64,000 bases of DNA from the NCBI GenBank assembly GCA_045863235.1, contig BTUM01000014.1:58878-122877 (forward strand). Direction: 5' to 3'. The translations under genes and the position numbers were made by a program. The DNA is from Candidatus Xenobia bacterium. GTDB taxonomy: Bacteria; Vulcanimicrobiota; Xenobia; Xenobiales; QWHO01. Of this stretch, positions 53,213 through 62,786 are shown in pieces (the first letter of the stretch is position 1; every line of letters starts with the position of its first letter). The notes beneath the pieces are model-generated. The model did not search any database, had not been told where the DNA came from, and saw only the letters and a list, made by a program, of their open reading frames with translations.

Positions 53213-55225
53213 ATGGGCATGGACCTGAGCCGGATGAAACCAGGAGAGAGCAGGCCGCAGCGCCCGCAGCCACCTGTTCCGGACCTCAAAGTCGGACAGC
53301 AGGTCGCCTTGAACCCCGAGCACCGCCAGGCCGACGCCCGGGACGAGGACTTCTTCCACTCGGGCCCCGTCTTCATCGAAGAGCGCTACGCGAGCAGTCC
53401 CAATCAGTTCTACCGCGTGGTCAACTCGCTCGGTCAGGTCCGCTCCTATCTTGGCCACTGGTTGCAGCAGGCCGCCCCCGTGATGGGGGCGATGGTCCCG
53501 GGGCCGACCCTTCCCGTGGTGGGATCTGTAGTGCGGCTGAACCTGGAGGGACTCGAGTTGCCCGGCAGGGTCGAGTACTTCCAGACCGGGCCGGTGGTCG
53601 AGACGATCTCTGGACACGTCGCCAGCCTGCGCAATGCGGCCGGGCAGACCGGGCATTACAACCTCAGTCTTTTGCAGCGGCAGGCCCGAGACAGCGCCAT
53701 GCAGGCGACCGGAACGGCCATTCCCGGAATGGGCCCGCTTCATTTACTGATCGACCAGAGCGAAACGATCGCCGAGCTCAACAGGCTGGTGGGGCAAAGC
53801 GGCGACGAGCAAGCCATGGAGCGAGTTCAAAAGTGCCTGCAGCATGCACCGGAACGGGCGGGCGGAGCCAACCTGGCCCTCAAAGCACTGCAGATTCCGG
53901 GCGGGCTTGCCCTGGTCGAGAAGCTCCTGGAAACGGGCGACGAAAAGGCCCTTCAATCGGCTCATCACGGCCTGGATCTGACCCGTGAGCTGGCCGTCTC
54001 CGCCGAGCAGACCCCCTGGCTCCTGGAGGTCTTGAGCTGGGACAAAGGCTACGCGAGCAGCCGGACCATCCTGCAGAGCTTGCTCTCGGTTCCCGAGCCG
54101 GAACGTCGTCTGAGGTCCGATGTCATCAAAGAGCTCCTGGCTCCCCGGTTGTTTGAGTCCCCGACGAAGACCGCGGAGCGAGCCGTGAGCCAGGCGGGGG
54201 AGGTCTTTTCCCTGGACCTGCCCGAGGAGTCGATCCGCCCCTTTGCCTCCTTCCTGGGTGGATGGTCCGAGACCGGGACACCCCTGGAAGCCTTTCAGAA
54301 CTCAGGACTGTCCGAGCCTGAGCAACGGTCCGCCTGGCAGACCTACCGGGACCTCGGATTCTCCAGCAAATCGGCTCTGGAGCTCGTCGAGTTCGGCCGC
54401 AAGCTCCCCGAGGAGGAGCTCCGCCAGGCTCTGGCCAGTCTGGCCGCCACCGGGAATTACAGCTCGTCCTCCATCCTGATCAAGGATTTCAGGCACCTGG
54501 AGAAGCTCACGCAGAGCCTGCCGGAGCGCCTCAGCCTGATGGGGTGTGTAGCCCGGCTGGCCCGCCTTCGAAGCCACTCCGAGCGCTACGACTTCTTACC
54601 CACCTTGACCATGGACTTTCCCGACCACGAGGCCACAACCCGGGACCTGGAGGCGCTCCCCCTCACCTTCGGAGAAGGACGGGTGGGGCCTGAGCAAGAT
54701 ACCTGGAAGACCGTGGTCACCCATCGCTACAAGGGGGAATCGGTGGCGGCAGCGGGCCAACGCCTGAAAGAGCTGGAAAGGGACATGCCCATTCGCCTGG
54801 ACACCTCGATCCTGGCCACCTCATTCCAGTGGCTTTCGCAGCAACCCCGAGAGCACTACGAAGCTTACAAGCAGGCGCTGCTCACCCGCCTGGAGGCCGA
54901 GTGCCCCCTGGTCCAGGCCCAGTCCGAGCTGGACCTGGCCAGGCAAGCCCCCGAGCCCGTTCCCCAGGCTTTGAAGACTTTGCTGGCTCTGGCTGAGGGC
55001 GAGCTGGCCGAGAAGGGCTTCCGGGAAACCCTGAGCTGGGTTTACTCCCAGCCTCCGCAAGACTATGCCGATCTGGCCGGGCGGCTGATCGCCCAATCCA
55101 AACTGAACGGTTCTCTGGAGAGGGCCATGGAGGTCCTGGAACGGCCTGCCACGGGCGTGCGCGAGGAGGCCGGCGGGGTGACCTTCGGTGGCGTGCGGTT
55201 GAAACGGCGCAACCCCGCGGGCTGA
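53213..55225 (+). CDS. Large helical hypothetical protein with C-terminal GGV tail
   Basis: 670-aa ORF; ends VREEAGGVTFGGVRLKRRNPAG. Confidence 0.8.
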   Translation: MGMDLSRMKPGESRPQRPQPPVPDLKVGQQVALNPEHRQADARDEDFFHSGPVFIEERYASSPNQFYRVVNSLGQVRSYLGHWLQQAAPVMGAMVPGPTLPVVGSVVRLNLEGLELPGRVEYFQTGPVVETISGHVASLRNAAGQTGHYNLSLLQRQARDSAMQATGTAIPGMGPLHLLIDQSETIAELNRLVGQSGDEQAMERVQKCLQHAPERAGGANLALKALQIPGGLALVEKLLETGDEKALQSAHHGLDLTRELAVSAEQTPWLLEVLSWDKGYASSRTILQSLLSVPEPERRLRSDVIKELLAPRLFESPTKTAERAVSQAGEVFSLDLPEESIRPFASFLGGWSETGTPLEAFQNSGLSEPEQRSAWQTYRDLGFSSKSALELVEFGRKLPEEELRQALASLAATGNYSSSSILIKDFRHLEKLTQSLPERLSLMGCVARLARLRSHSERYDFLPTLTMDFPDHEATTRDLEALPLTFGEGRVGPEQDTWKTVVTHRYKGESVAAAGQRLKELERDMPIRLDTSILATSFQWLSQQPREHYEAYKQALLTRLEAECPLVQAQSELDLARQAPEPVPQALKTLLALAEGELAEKGFRETLSWVYSQPPQDYADLAGRLIAQSKLNGSLERAMEVLERPATGVREEAGGVTFGGVRLKRRNPAG

Positions 55226-55228
55226 GCC

Positions 55229-57217
55229 TCAGCGAGAGCCCTGACGCTTGCGCACGGTGACCCCCCCCACCTGCACCCGCTCCACCGTCTCGATGACCCG
55301 ATTGCCGGCCCCCGGGTCGACAGCTGCATCGCCTTCGTAAACCCGGTCGCCTTCCCGGCGAGGGGGCTCGATGACCAGGTGGGTGCCGTCCTCGGCTCCC
55401 ACCACCAGACGTCCGTCCGAGAGAGCCATGCTCCTGATATCCGAGTCCAGATCGACCTGTATCAAAGCTTCCCGCTCGTTCAGGTCAAAGAAGAAGACCT
55501 GCTTGCGGTCGTTGGCCGCGCACAGATAGTAGCGCTCGCCCACCTGCACCGGCTGGGCGTGGGTCCAGCTCTCCTCCCAGTGAGTCCCCCCGCCGAAATC
55601 CTCCCACTCGCACACCAGCGAGAAACTGCGGAACTTGTCCTCACCGGTGGGCAGCTCGACCGTCAGCTCGTGAGCCGAGGTGCGCAAGAGCGCTCCGCCC
55701 GGCCCACCAAAGGGCAGCACGCCCTCCTTCAAGGCCTGGTTCTCATCCACGCTCAGCAGGCTCTTGACCACGGCCGCCTGGCTCTGACGCGAGAGGTCAG
55801 GGCCTGGCAGACGCTCGACCGGGGCGCCCGGGAACTCGAGCGTGTTGCCCGGAACGCCCCCCTGTCCTCGGTAGAAGCGATCCAGCTCGGCCTGGGGGCG
55901 AATGGAAATCACGCTGCGGAAGGCCCCATCCAGGTCGCTCGAGTTGGGGCTCAACAAGTTGTCGCTCGTATGCAACCGGGCTCCCGGACCCAGGCGGGCC
56001 TCCAGAGCGGCCTGATCGCCCACGGGCCGGCCGTTCAAGAAGGCGCCCCGACGCTCCACCACCACCAGGTCGCCGGTAGGCAGCACCCCGGCCACCAGGC
56101 CTTCCTTCTCGGGCACCGAGTGCACCACGGTCTGCCCGTGCTCGTTGCCGAGCAGCTGGCCCAGACGGGTGCCCAGACCATCCTCCTCCAGGTCGAAACG
56201 CACCAGATCGGTGGAGGTGGTCTTGCGGTGCCAGCGGTCGATGGTGCCCAGCAGAGACTTGCCGTCGGGAGTGGCCTGCAGGTCTTCCATGCAGCCGTCC
56301 TTGATGGCGAATCGCTTCTTCTCGCTGCCATCGCTTTCGAGCACGATCAGGTCGGCTCGGGTGAGATCCGAGCGCACGTGCACCGCCAGGTCGCCGTTGG
56401 CCAGGGGGAGCAGGTCCTCGAGATAGCCCTTGAAGGGGAAGCTGGTCTTGCGAGCGGTGCTCACGTCGTAAGTGTGAACGGCGTCCTCGGCGGAATAGAC
56501 CAGCTTGCCGCTGGTGGACAGGGAGGCTTGCATCGTGCGGCTCGGGGTGGCCAGCGTCTGCTTGCCTTCGGGGTCGAAGACCCTTACCACGGAAGCTTGC
56601 CATTCCTCGACCGCGGTGTGCCCCGAGGCCAGCTCGGCCACCCGGCTCACCGGTCCGCCCACCTTCAGGCTGGGGCCGCCCAGCTTCTCGAGGGTCTCAT
56701 CCGAGGAAAGATAGATGCTGCCCGTGTTGGCCATGAGGAGGGTCTGGCCGGGAGCCGTCGGGCGGGTCATCAGGACCTGCCCGGTGGGGTCGAGCTCTTG
56801 CAGCATCCCATCCGTCAACACGAAAACATGGCCATCTTCAGGGCGAACCTGCAGCCCTTTGAGCCCGCTCTGAGGCAGCGGGTTCAGGAAGTTGAGCCGC
56901 CCACCGCTCTGCACCGAGTGCAGGCCATCCTGGTTGGGAAAGATGAAGCTGGTCTTACCCTCCGGGAAACGGCTGAGCACCGGGCGGGCGTAACGGTCGA
57001 TGGGAAACTGGTGCACTTCCTGGAACCCCTCAGCACAAGGAACATAGGTCCTGATCTGCAGAGGGACCAGAGCGGGTGCCGGGGCGCCAGGGCCAGAGGA
57101 GGGTTCCAGGCCCTGCTCGGTCGGTTGAAAGCTATCCTGAACCTGCTTGGGGCGGGCCACGTAGGCAGCCGTCGAAGGCCGCGACAGAGCTTGAAAGGTC
57201 ACCAGAGAAACGTTCAC
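55229..57217 (-). CDS. Beta-propeller-like hypothetical protein with C-terminal GGV tail
   Basis: Blade-like repeats (LDPTGQ, FDPEGK, ESDGSE, TPDGKS); ends VIETVERVQVGGVTVRKRQGSR. Confidence 0.8.
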   Translation of the reverse strand: MNVSLVTFQALSRPSTAAYVARPKQVQDSFQPTEQGLEPSSGPGAPAPALVPLQIRTYVPCAEGFQEVHQFPIDRYARPVLSRFPEGKTSFIFPNQDGLHSVQSGGRLNFLNPLPQSGLKGLQVRPEDGHVFVLTDGMLQELDPTGQVLMTRPTAPGQTLLMANTGSIYLSSDETLEKLGGPSLKVGGPVSRVAELASGHTAVEEWQASVVRVFDPEGKQTLATPSRTMQASLSTSGKLVYSAEDAVHTYDVSTARKTSFPFKGYLEDLLPLANGDLAVHVRSDLTRADLIVLESDGSEKKRFAIKDGCMEDLQATPDGKSLLGTIDRWHRKTTSTDLVRFDLEEDGLGTRLGQLLGNEHGQTVVHSVPEKEGLVAGVLPTGDLVVVERRGAFLNGRPVGDQAALEARLGPGARLHTSDNLLSPNSSDLDGAFRSVISIRPQAELDRFYRGQGGVPGNTLEFPGAPVERLPGPDLSRQSQAAVVKSLLSVDENQALKEGVLPFGGPGGALLRTSAHELTVELPTGEDKFRSFSLVCEWEDFGGGTHWEESWTHAQPVQVGERYYLCAANDRKQVFFFDLNEREALIQVDLDSDIRSMALSDGRLVVGAEDGTHLVIEPPRREGDRVYEGDAAVDPGAGNRVIETVERVQVGGVTVRKRQGSR

Positions 57218-57223
57218 GATCGG

Positions 57224-57255
57224 ATCCTAACCCCGATCTCTCAAAGAATCCTTGA
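57224..57255 (-). promoter_or_regulatory. Shared promoter motif, probably leaderless
   Basis: Minus strand TCAAGGATTCTTTGAGAGATCGGGGT-TAGGAT, then 6 nt, then GTG. Confidence 0.6.
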
Positions 57256-57451
57256 AAGTGGGCTCGGGAATGTGAACGCGAGGTGAAAACCTGCCACGTC
57301 GGACACCCACAGTGCCACCGAAACGCCGAAGACTGTAACAGTCTGGCATCGATTTTGAGAATCTTGTGAGTCCCCGCTGACCTGCGCTTGAGGGACATCA
57401 GCTACCCTCGTCCCAGAGGGGATGACCCCTCGAGAAACAGGAGGATCAAGG

Positions 57452-58261
57452 ATGCCCGCACTGACAGGAATCGCCAACCAGGGAAGCTTCGAGGGAACCA
57501 ACCGACGTGGCCAGACCATCGTGGGCGAGAGGGTCGCCCCGGGCCAATGGAGTGGCACCAACACGGCCACCGGGGCGAGCTTTGAGGCCACGAGAACCAG
57601 CAATCCCCCCGGACCGACCAGCCACTGGGACGTCACCCGGACCGGTCCGCTGGGCTACCAGCAGCACAACGACTTCACCGTGGTCAGCCGTCCCGACGGT
57701 AACGGAGGCACGCAGGTGCGAGCCTACGACCTGAATCGCAGCGGCTTCGAGCCCCTCCCCGGCAGCCCGCTCGGCAGCAAGGAGTCGTTCGACACCACCA
57801 TCACCGGCGATCCGCACTTCACAGTGAACGGGAGCATCAACGGCCAGAACGTGGATGCTGCCTTCGACAACCAGGACGTGGGCACCCGGACCCAGTATCG
57901 GGGAGCCGGATTCGGGCTGCAAACCACGACGGTGCCGTGGGGCGGCAACGAGGGCACGGCCGTGGTCGACTCGGCCACCGTCAACACCGGGTTCGGCCGG
58001 GGGCGAGACGCCGTGACCGTGGACTCCAGCGGAGCTCTCACCGTGAATGGCGAGGCCGTCACGCTCGAGGAAGGCCAGACCATGGACCTCAACCGGACCT
58101 CCTCGGTCACGATGCAGGATGGTGCCTATACCGTCTCCTCGCGCAACGGCAAGGTCACGAACACGCTCACTCCGATGGAAAACCCGAACGGGAACTACCT
58201 CAACATCAGCTCCTCGGTCGACAACGTGCAGACCGTGGGCTGGCTGCAGAACCAGGTCTGA
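57452..58261 (+). CDS. Thr/Gly/Asn-rich beta protein with VWD-like GDPH motif
   Basis: SD AGGAGG before ATG 57452; TITGDPHFTV; no Sec signal. Confidence 0.72.
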   Translation: MPALTGIANQGSFEGTNRRGQTIVGERVAPGQWSGTNTATGASFEATRTSNPPGPTSHWDVTRTGPLGYQQHNDFTVVSRPDGNGGTQVRAYDLNRSGFEPLPGSPLGSKESFDTTITGDPHFTVNGSINGQNVDAAFDNQDVGTRTQYRGAGFGLQTTTVPWGGNEGTAVVDSATVNTGFGRGRDAVTVDSSGALTVNGEAVTLEEGQTMDLNRTSSVTMQDGAYTVSSRNGKVTNTLTPMENPNGNYLNISSSVDNVQTVGWLQNQV

Positions 58262-58312
58262 CGCTGAACGTCTGTCCCGCGATGAAGCGGAGTCAGCAAC
58301 GCTAGCCTGACC

Positions 58313-58337
58313 GGCGCCGGGCGAAAAGCCCGGCGCC
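58313..58337 (+). terminator. Strong GC hairpin after the GDPH gene
   Basis: GGCGCCGGGC-GAAAA-GCCCGGCGCC, no clear U-tract. Confidence 0.5.
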
Positions 58338-58368
58338 CATTCGGACCTGAGAAAGGACCTGATCCAAG

Positions 58369-58791
58369 ATGACTCTGGCCTATGAGCTCTTCCAGTCGCC
58401 CAACCAGAACCACCAGGCCCGGGACAGCTCCCTCATCCTCTGCTTTCGCGAGCTGTGGGAGCGCATTGCCCACGGTTCCGAGCCGACGGAGCTGGACCTG
58501 CGACAGATCGACCACATGGCTCACTGGCTGCAGGGCAAAGTGCAGATGTATCAGGAGACGCCTCCCTCGATGCAGCAGTTGCAGCCTCTCCTGGAGACCG
58601 CCCAGCAGGGGTGGGAGCTCATCCTGGAAGGTGTCGCCTGCCTGGCAGACTTCCTCGAGTTGGGACAGCCCGAGCTGCTGGAAGAAGCCCGCAATCTCAG
58701 CGAAGAAGGAGAAGCGATGCTCAAGGAGCTCGAGGAGGGGATCGTGGCCTCACGCGACGAGGATGCGCTATGCGACGCCTACATTGGTTGA
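58369..58791 (+). CDS. Acidic helical hypothetical protein
   Basis: 140-aa ORF with AAAGGA upstream. Confidence 0.7.
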   Translation: MTLAYELFQSPNQNHQARDSSLILCFRELWERIAHGSEPTELDLRQIDHMAHWLQGKVQMYQETPPSMQQLQPLLETAQQGWELILEGVACLADFLELGQPELLEEARNLSEEGEAMLKELEEGIVASRDEDALCDAYIG

Positions 58792-58795
58792 TCGT

Positions 58796-58826
58796 TCAGC
58801 TTTCTTTCAGCCCTCCAGGCTAACCT
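58796..58826 (+). promoter_or_regulatory. Shared TCAG/-10 promoter motif
   Basis: TCAGCTTTCTTTCAGCCCTCCAGGC-TAACCT. Confidence 0.65.
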
Positions 58827-58862
58827 GACGATCCAATTTGTACCCTGGAGGACCCCAGCATC

Positions 58863-59699
58863 ATGCCTTCCAGCGCCTCGTTCCGGGCCGAGAACCAGAT
58901 CCTCTTCTCGCTCCCTTTGATCCGCAACACCCGCATCGAGAAGGAGATGCAGGGGCGCACCGTGGGCATCGGGCCGGTAGACATCCTGGACGTCAACAAG
59001 AACCAGGTGGCCGACGTGACCGTGCAGGAAGGTAGCGGTGAGCGCCCCATCAGCCAGCTGGCCATCGGTGAGCCGGTGGTGGGCACCCAGGATCGCCCCA
59101 ACCTGCAGATGCTGGCCGCCCTCAAACCCGACCAGGTGGTCACCCAGGACCAGCTCCATCCGGGCTGGCTGGTGGCCCGCCAGGCCTCGGTCATCTCCTC
59201 GGGTCCGGCCAGCCAGGTGGTGGTGCACGACACCCAGCCGCTGGAGGTGTTCAGCCAGGTGCTCGGCTTCAAGGAGAGCGACGTGCGCTACGCCATCGAC
59301 CTTTCCAGCAACGAGTTCCTGATCTACAAGCCGGGAGAGCAGGCCGCTCCCACCCCCGCTCCGGAGGGCGTGGTCAAGACGGCCTCGGGCCTGGAGTACG
59401 AGATCGTGCAGAAGGGCGAAGGGGCGCCCGCCCGCCTGGGCCAGAAGGTCAAGATGCACTACACCGGCAAGCTCGAGGACGGCACCGAGTTCGACTCCAG
59501 CCACAAGCGCAACCAGCCCTTCGAGTTCCAGCTCGGGGCCGGCAAGGTCATCCGCGGCTGGGATGAAGGCGTGGAGGGCATGCAGCCGGGTGAGGTGCGC
59601 AAGCTCAAGATCCCGGCTCACCTGGGCTACGGCGAGCGAGCCGTGGGCTCGATCCCCCCCAGCTCCACCCTGCACTTCGAGGTCCAGTTCCTGGGCTGA
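58863..59699 (+). CDS. FKBP-type peptidyl-prolyl isomerase with an unknown N-terminal domain
   Basis: [42 protein letters not shown]. Confidence 0.92.
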   Translation: MPSSASFRAENQILFSLPLIRNTRIEKEMQGRTVGIGPVDILDVNKNQVADVTVQEGSGERPISQLAIGEPVVGTQDRPNLQMLAALKPDQVVTQDQLHPGWLVARQASVISSGPASQVVVHDTQPLEVFSQVLGFKESDVRYAIDLSSNEFLIYKPGEQAAPTPAPEGVVKTASGLEYEIVQKGEGAPARLGQKVKMHYTGKLEDGTEFDSSHKRNQPFEFQLGAGKVIRGWDEGVEGMQPGEVRKLKIPAHLGYGERAVGSIPPSSTLHFEVQFLG

Positions 59700-59713
59700 T
59701 GTTCACAAATCGC

Positions 59714-59744
59714 TCATCTTTCTAACCTGAGGCCGGCGTATTCT
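59714..59744 (+). promoter_or_regulatory. Shared promoter motif (subtilase)
   Basis: TCATCTTTCTAACCTGAGGCCGGCG-TATTCT; a further TCA 11 bp upstream at 59703. Confidence 0.55.
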
Positions 59745-59771
59745 CCAGGCGAATTCAGCCCGGAGGACGCC

Positions 59772-61847
59772 ATGCAGATCAACCCCCAGGTCGCCCAGAC
59801 CCTCAAGAATACCGCCCGCGAAGCCGCTTCGCTGGCCAGCAAGCTGCCCGAGCACGTGGAAGGGGAAGTGCTGGTGAAGCTGCAGGACGGCGTGCAACTC
59901 GCCGACCAGGTGGCCTCCGACTACGGGGCCGAGGTGGCCACGCGCTTTGAGTTCCCGGCTGTCATGCAGCAGAAGATGGGCGGACAACTGGTCAAGCTGA
60001 AGCTGCCCGAGGGAATGAGCACGGCCGAAGCGATGGCCGCTCTGGGCAAGGACGACCGGGTGGCCTACGCCGCCTCCAACGACATCCGGCGCGCCTTCGG
60101 GGCCCCCATCGTGCCCAACGACCTGGACCCGCGCCTGTGGGGCCTGAACAACACGGGGCAGGACAACGGCACGGCCGGGGCCGACATCCAGGCTCCCAAG
60201 GCCTGGTCCATCACCACCGGTTCGCGCACCGGCCCCATCATCGCCGTGGTCGACACGGGCGTGGACTATAACCACCCGGACCTGGCCGCCAACGCCTGGG
60301 TGAACGCGGGTGAGATCCCCGGCAACGGCATCGACGACGACGGCAACGGGGTGATCGATGACGTGCACGGGTTCAACGCCATCAACGACTCGGGCGACCC
60401 GATGGACGACAACTCCCACGGCTCGCACTGCTCGGGCACCATCGGCGGCGAGGGCAACAACGGCCAGGGCGTGGTAGGCGTGAACTGGCAGGCCCGCATC
60501 ATGGGCGCCAAGTTCCTCTCCGGCTCGGGCGGCGGCTCGGTGGAAGACCAGATCAAAGCGCTGGCCTACGCCACCGCCAACGGGGCTCGCATCACCTCCA
60601 ACAGCTACGGCGGAGGCGGCTTCAACCAGGCCGAGTACGACGTGCTGGCCTCCTCGCCGGCGCTGCACATCTGCGCCGCCGGCAACGAGTCGAGCGACAA
60701 CGACGGCTCCAACCCGTCCTACCCGGCCAGCTACGATCTGCCCAACATCATCTCGGTGGCGGCCAGCGACCGCAACGACCAGCTGGCCCGCTTCTCCAAC
60801 TACGGCGCCACCTCGGTGGACATCGCCGCCCCCGGCGTGGACATTCTGTCCACGACCCCGGGCGGTAACTACAGAAGCTTCAGCGGCACCTCCATGGCCA
60901 CCCCGCATGTGGCCGGCGTGGCCGGGCTGATCGCCACCGCCTACCCCGACGCCACCAACGAGCAGATCCGCTCGCGCCTGCTTGGCGGGGCCGACACCCT
61001 GGCCCAGCTCTCGGGCAAGGTGGCCGGGGCCGGTCGCCTCAACGCCGCCAACGCGCTCGAGAACGACCAGCTCGCTCCGGCCGCTCCCAACGACCTGGCG
61101 GCTGCCTCGGCTCAGGCCAACGGCGTGACCCTGCAGTGGACCGCCACTGGCGACGACGGCTGGTGCGGCCGGGCCTCGGGCTACGACCTGCGCGTTTCCG
61201 AGCAGCCCTTCAGCGACCAGTCCTCCTTCGAGCAGGCCGCCCAGGTGACTACCGGGTCCCCCTCGGCCACCGGCACCATCGAGAACGCCCGCATCACGGT
61301 GCTGCCTTCGAGCTCCGAGCGCACCCTGCACGTCGGGCTGAAGGTGCGCGACAACGTGGGCAACCTGTCGGCCCTGAAGACCATCGAGGTCACCGTGCCG
61401 GCCGCGGCAGTGGCCTTCGAGGACAACATGGACGCAGCGTCGGACAACTGGACCGCCGAGGGCAGCTGGGGCCAGGCCGAAGAGCCGGGCCGCGGGCTGG
61501 TCTTCACCGATAGCCCGGCCGGGAACTACGGCGACGACCAGAACATCTCGCTCACCAGCCGGGCCATCTCACTTGAGAGCCTGACCGGCAGCACCCTGCT
61601 CTTCGACGCCAGCTACGACCTGGAGAACCGCTACGACAAGGTGCACGTGGAAGTCAGCGAGGACGGCCAGACCTGGAACGGCCTCAAGCAGTTCACCGGC
61701 TCGGGCGGCTGGGCCACCCACCAGGCGGACCTGTCGGCCTACGATGGCAAGAACGTGCAGCTTCGCTTCCGGCTCGAGTCGGACGGCTCGGTGGCCAAGG
61801 ATGGCTTCAAGCTCGACAAGCTGGTGATCGCCGGCAGCCCTCGTTGA
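59772..61847 (+). CDS. S8 subtilase with FN3 and C-terminal jelly-roll domain
   Basis: VDTG, HGSHCSG, AAGN, SGTSMATPH; WTATGDD FN3; LRFRLESD. Confidence 0.93.
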   Translation: MQINPQVAQTLKNTAREAASLASKLPEHVEGEVLVKLQDGVQLADQVASDYGAEVATRFEFPAVMQQKMGGQLVKLKLPEGMSTAEAMAALGKDDRVAYAASNDIRRAFGAPIVPNDLDPRLWGLNNTGQDNGTAGADIQAPKAWSITTGSRTGPIIAVVDTGVDYNHPDLAANAWVNAGEIPGNGIDDDGNGVIDDVHGFNAINDSGDPMDDNSHGSHCSGTIGGEGNNGQGVVGVNWQARIMGAKFLSGSGGGSVEDQIKALAYATANGARITSNSYGGGGFNQAEYDVLASSPALHICAAGNESSDNDGSNPSYPASYDLPNIISVAASDRNDQLARFSNYGATSVDIAAPGVDILSTTPGGNYRSFSGTSMATPHVAGVAGLIATAYPDATNEQIRSRLLGGADTLAQLSGKVAGAGRLNAANALENDQLAPAAPNDLAAASAQANGVTLQWTATGDDGWCGRASGYDLRVSEQPFSDQSSFEQAAQVTTGSPSATGTIENARITVLPSSSERTLHVGLKVRDNVGNLSALKTIEVTVPAAAVAFEDNMDAASDNWTAEGSWGQAEEPGRGLVFTDSPAGNYGDDQNISLTSRAISLESLTGSTLLFDASYDLENRYDKVHVEVSEDGQTWNGLKQFTGSGGWATHQADLSAYDGKNVQLRFRLESDGSVAKDGFKLDKLVIAGSPR

Positions 61848-62176
61848 CCGATTACCGGTCCATCGAGCTCGAGGACGAGGTGATCTCGTTCGTCACTCAC
61901 GAGGTGAGCTACATCGCGTTCACCCGTGAGGGACGACGGCTGGACATCCTCAAGTCCTCGAGCTTTCAGCCCGAGATCAAGGACAGCGAGGACTACTTCA
62001 CCTATATGTGGGTGAAGGCTCTGCAGGGGTATTTTCTCTTGCGCCAGCGCTATGTCGAGTCGCGTCCTCAGGAGTGGTTCGTGATCCGCGAGCTCGAGCC
62101 GGAGAGCAACTACCTGTTCTACGAAGAGTTCCTCGATGAGCTGCCCCAGTACCTGGAAGGAATGCCCGCCGCGTGA
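61844..62176 (+). CDS. Small acidic hypothetical protein
   Basis: Overlaps the subtilase stop (TTGA) and the cupin start (GTGA). Confidence 0.65.
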   Translation: MTDYRSIELEDEVISFVTHEVSYIAFTREGRRLDILKSSSFQPEIKDSEDYFTYMWVKALQGYFLLRQRYVESRPQEWFVIRELEPESNYLFYEEFLDELPQYLEGMPAA

Positions 62177-62655
62177 AGCCCTTCATGAACCTGGACGAGT
62201 TGGAGTTCGAGAGCAGCGAGCAGGGGATCTACGGTGAGAGCTGGGCGGTCATCTCCGACCGCATCGGTGCGAAGAAGCTGGGCTACAGCCTGACCATCCT
62301 GCCCCCGGGCAAGCGGGTCTGTCCCTATCACAACCACCGCATCGACGAGGAGATGTTCTTCATTCTCGAAGGCAGCGGCACGCTGCGCTTCGGGGACAAG
62401 ACCTATCCCGTGCGGGCCAACGACATCATCGCCTGCCCTCCCGGCGACCGCTCGGTGGCCCACCAGATCGTGAATACGGGCGACGTGCCCATGAAGTTCC
62501 TGGCCCTGAGCACGCGCGAGCAGCACGATATCTGCGAATATCCTGACGCCAACAAGGTGGGGGTCTTCTGCCGGGCCGAGGGCAGGGAGAAGATGCGCCA
62601 CTTCTTCAAGGTCGACCAGGCGGTGGATTACTTCGAGGGCGAGCAGGGGGCCTGA
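62173..62655 (+). CDS. Cupin-domain protein
   Basis: PYHNHRIDEEMFFILEGSG, AHQIVN, EYPDANK. Confidence 0.9.
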   Translation: MKPFMNLDELEFESSEQGIYGESWAVISDRIGAKKLGYSLTILPPGKRVCPYHNHRIDEEMFFILEGSGTLRFGDKTYPVRANDIIACPPGDRSVAHQIVNTGDVPMKFLALSTREQHDICEYPDANKVGVFCRAEGREKMRHFFKVDQAVDYFEGEQGA

Positions 62656-62786
62656 GAGCGACACTCCCGCGCGTTCACGAGCCGATGTTGCCCGCACATT
62701 TCGTTGCTATCGGTAGGCAGCCAGGGCCGGTGGGGACCTGTTGACCGCTGCCGCCTCGCCTCACGAAGCGCTCAACGCGTCGCGAC

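Noticed and set aside
53180..53219. Shared promoter motif before the 53213 GGV-tail gene
   Set aside because: Only a weak TCCAG half-site and CACAAT are present, so it is not counted. None was found before 292 either.
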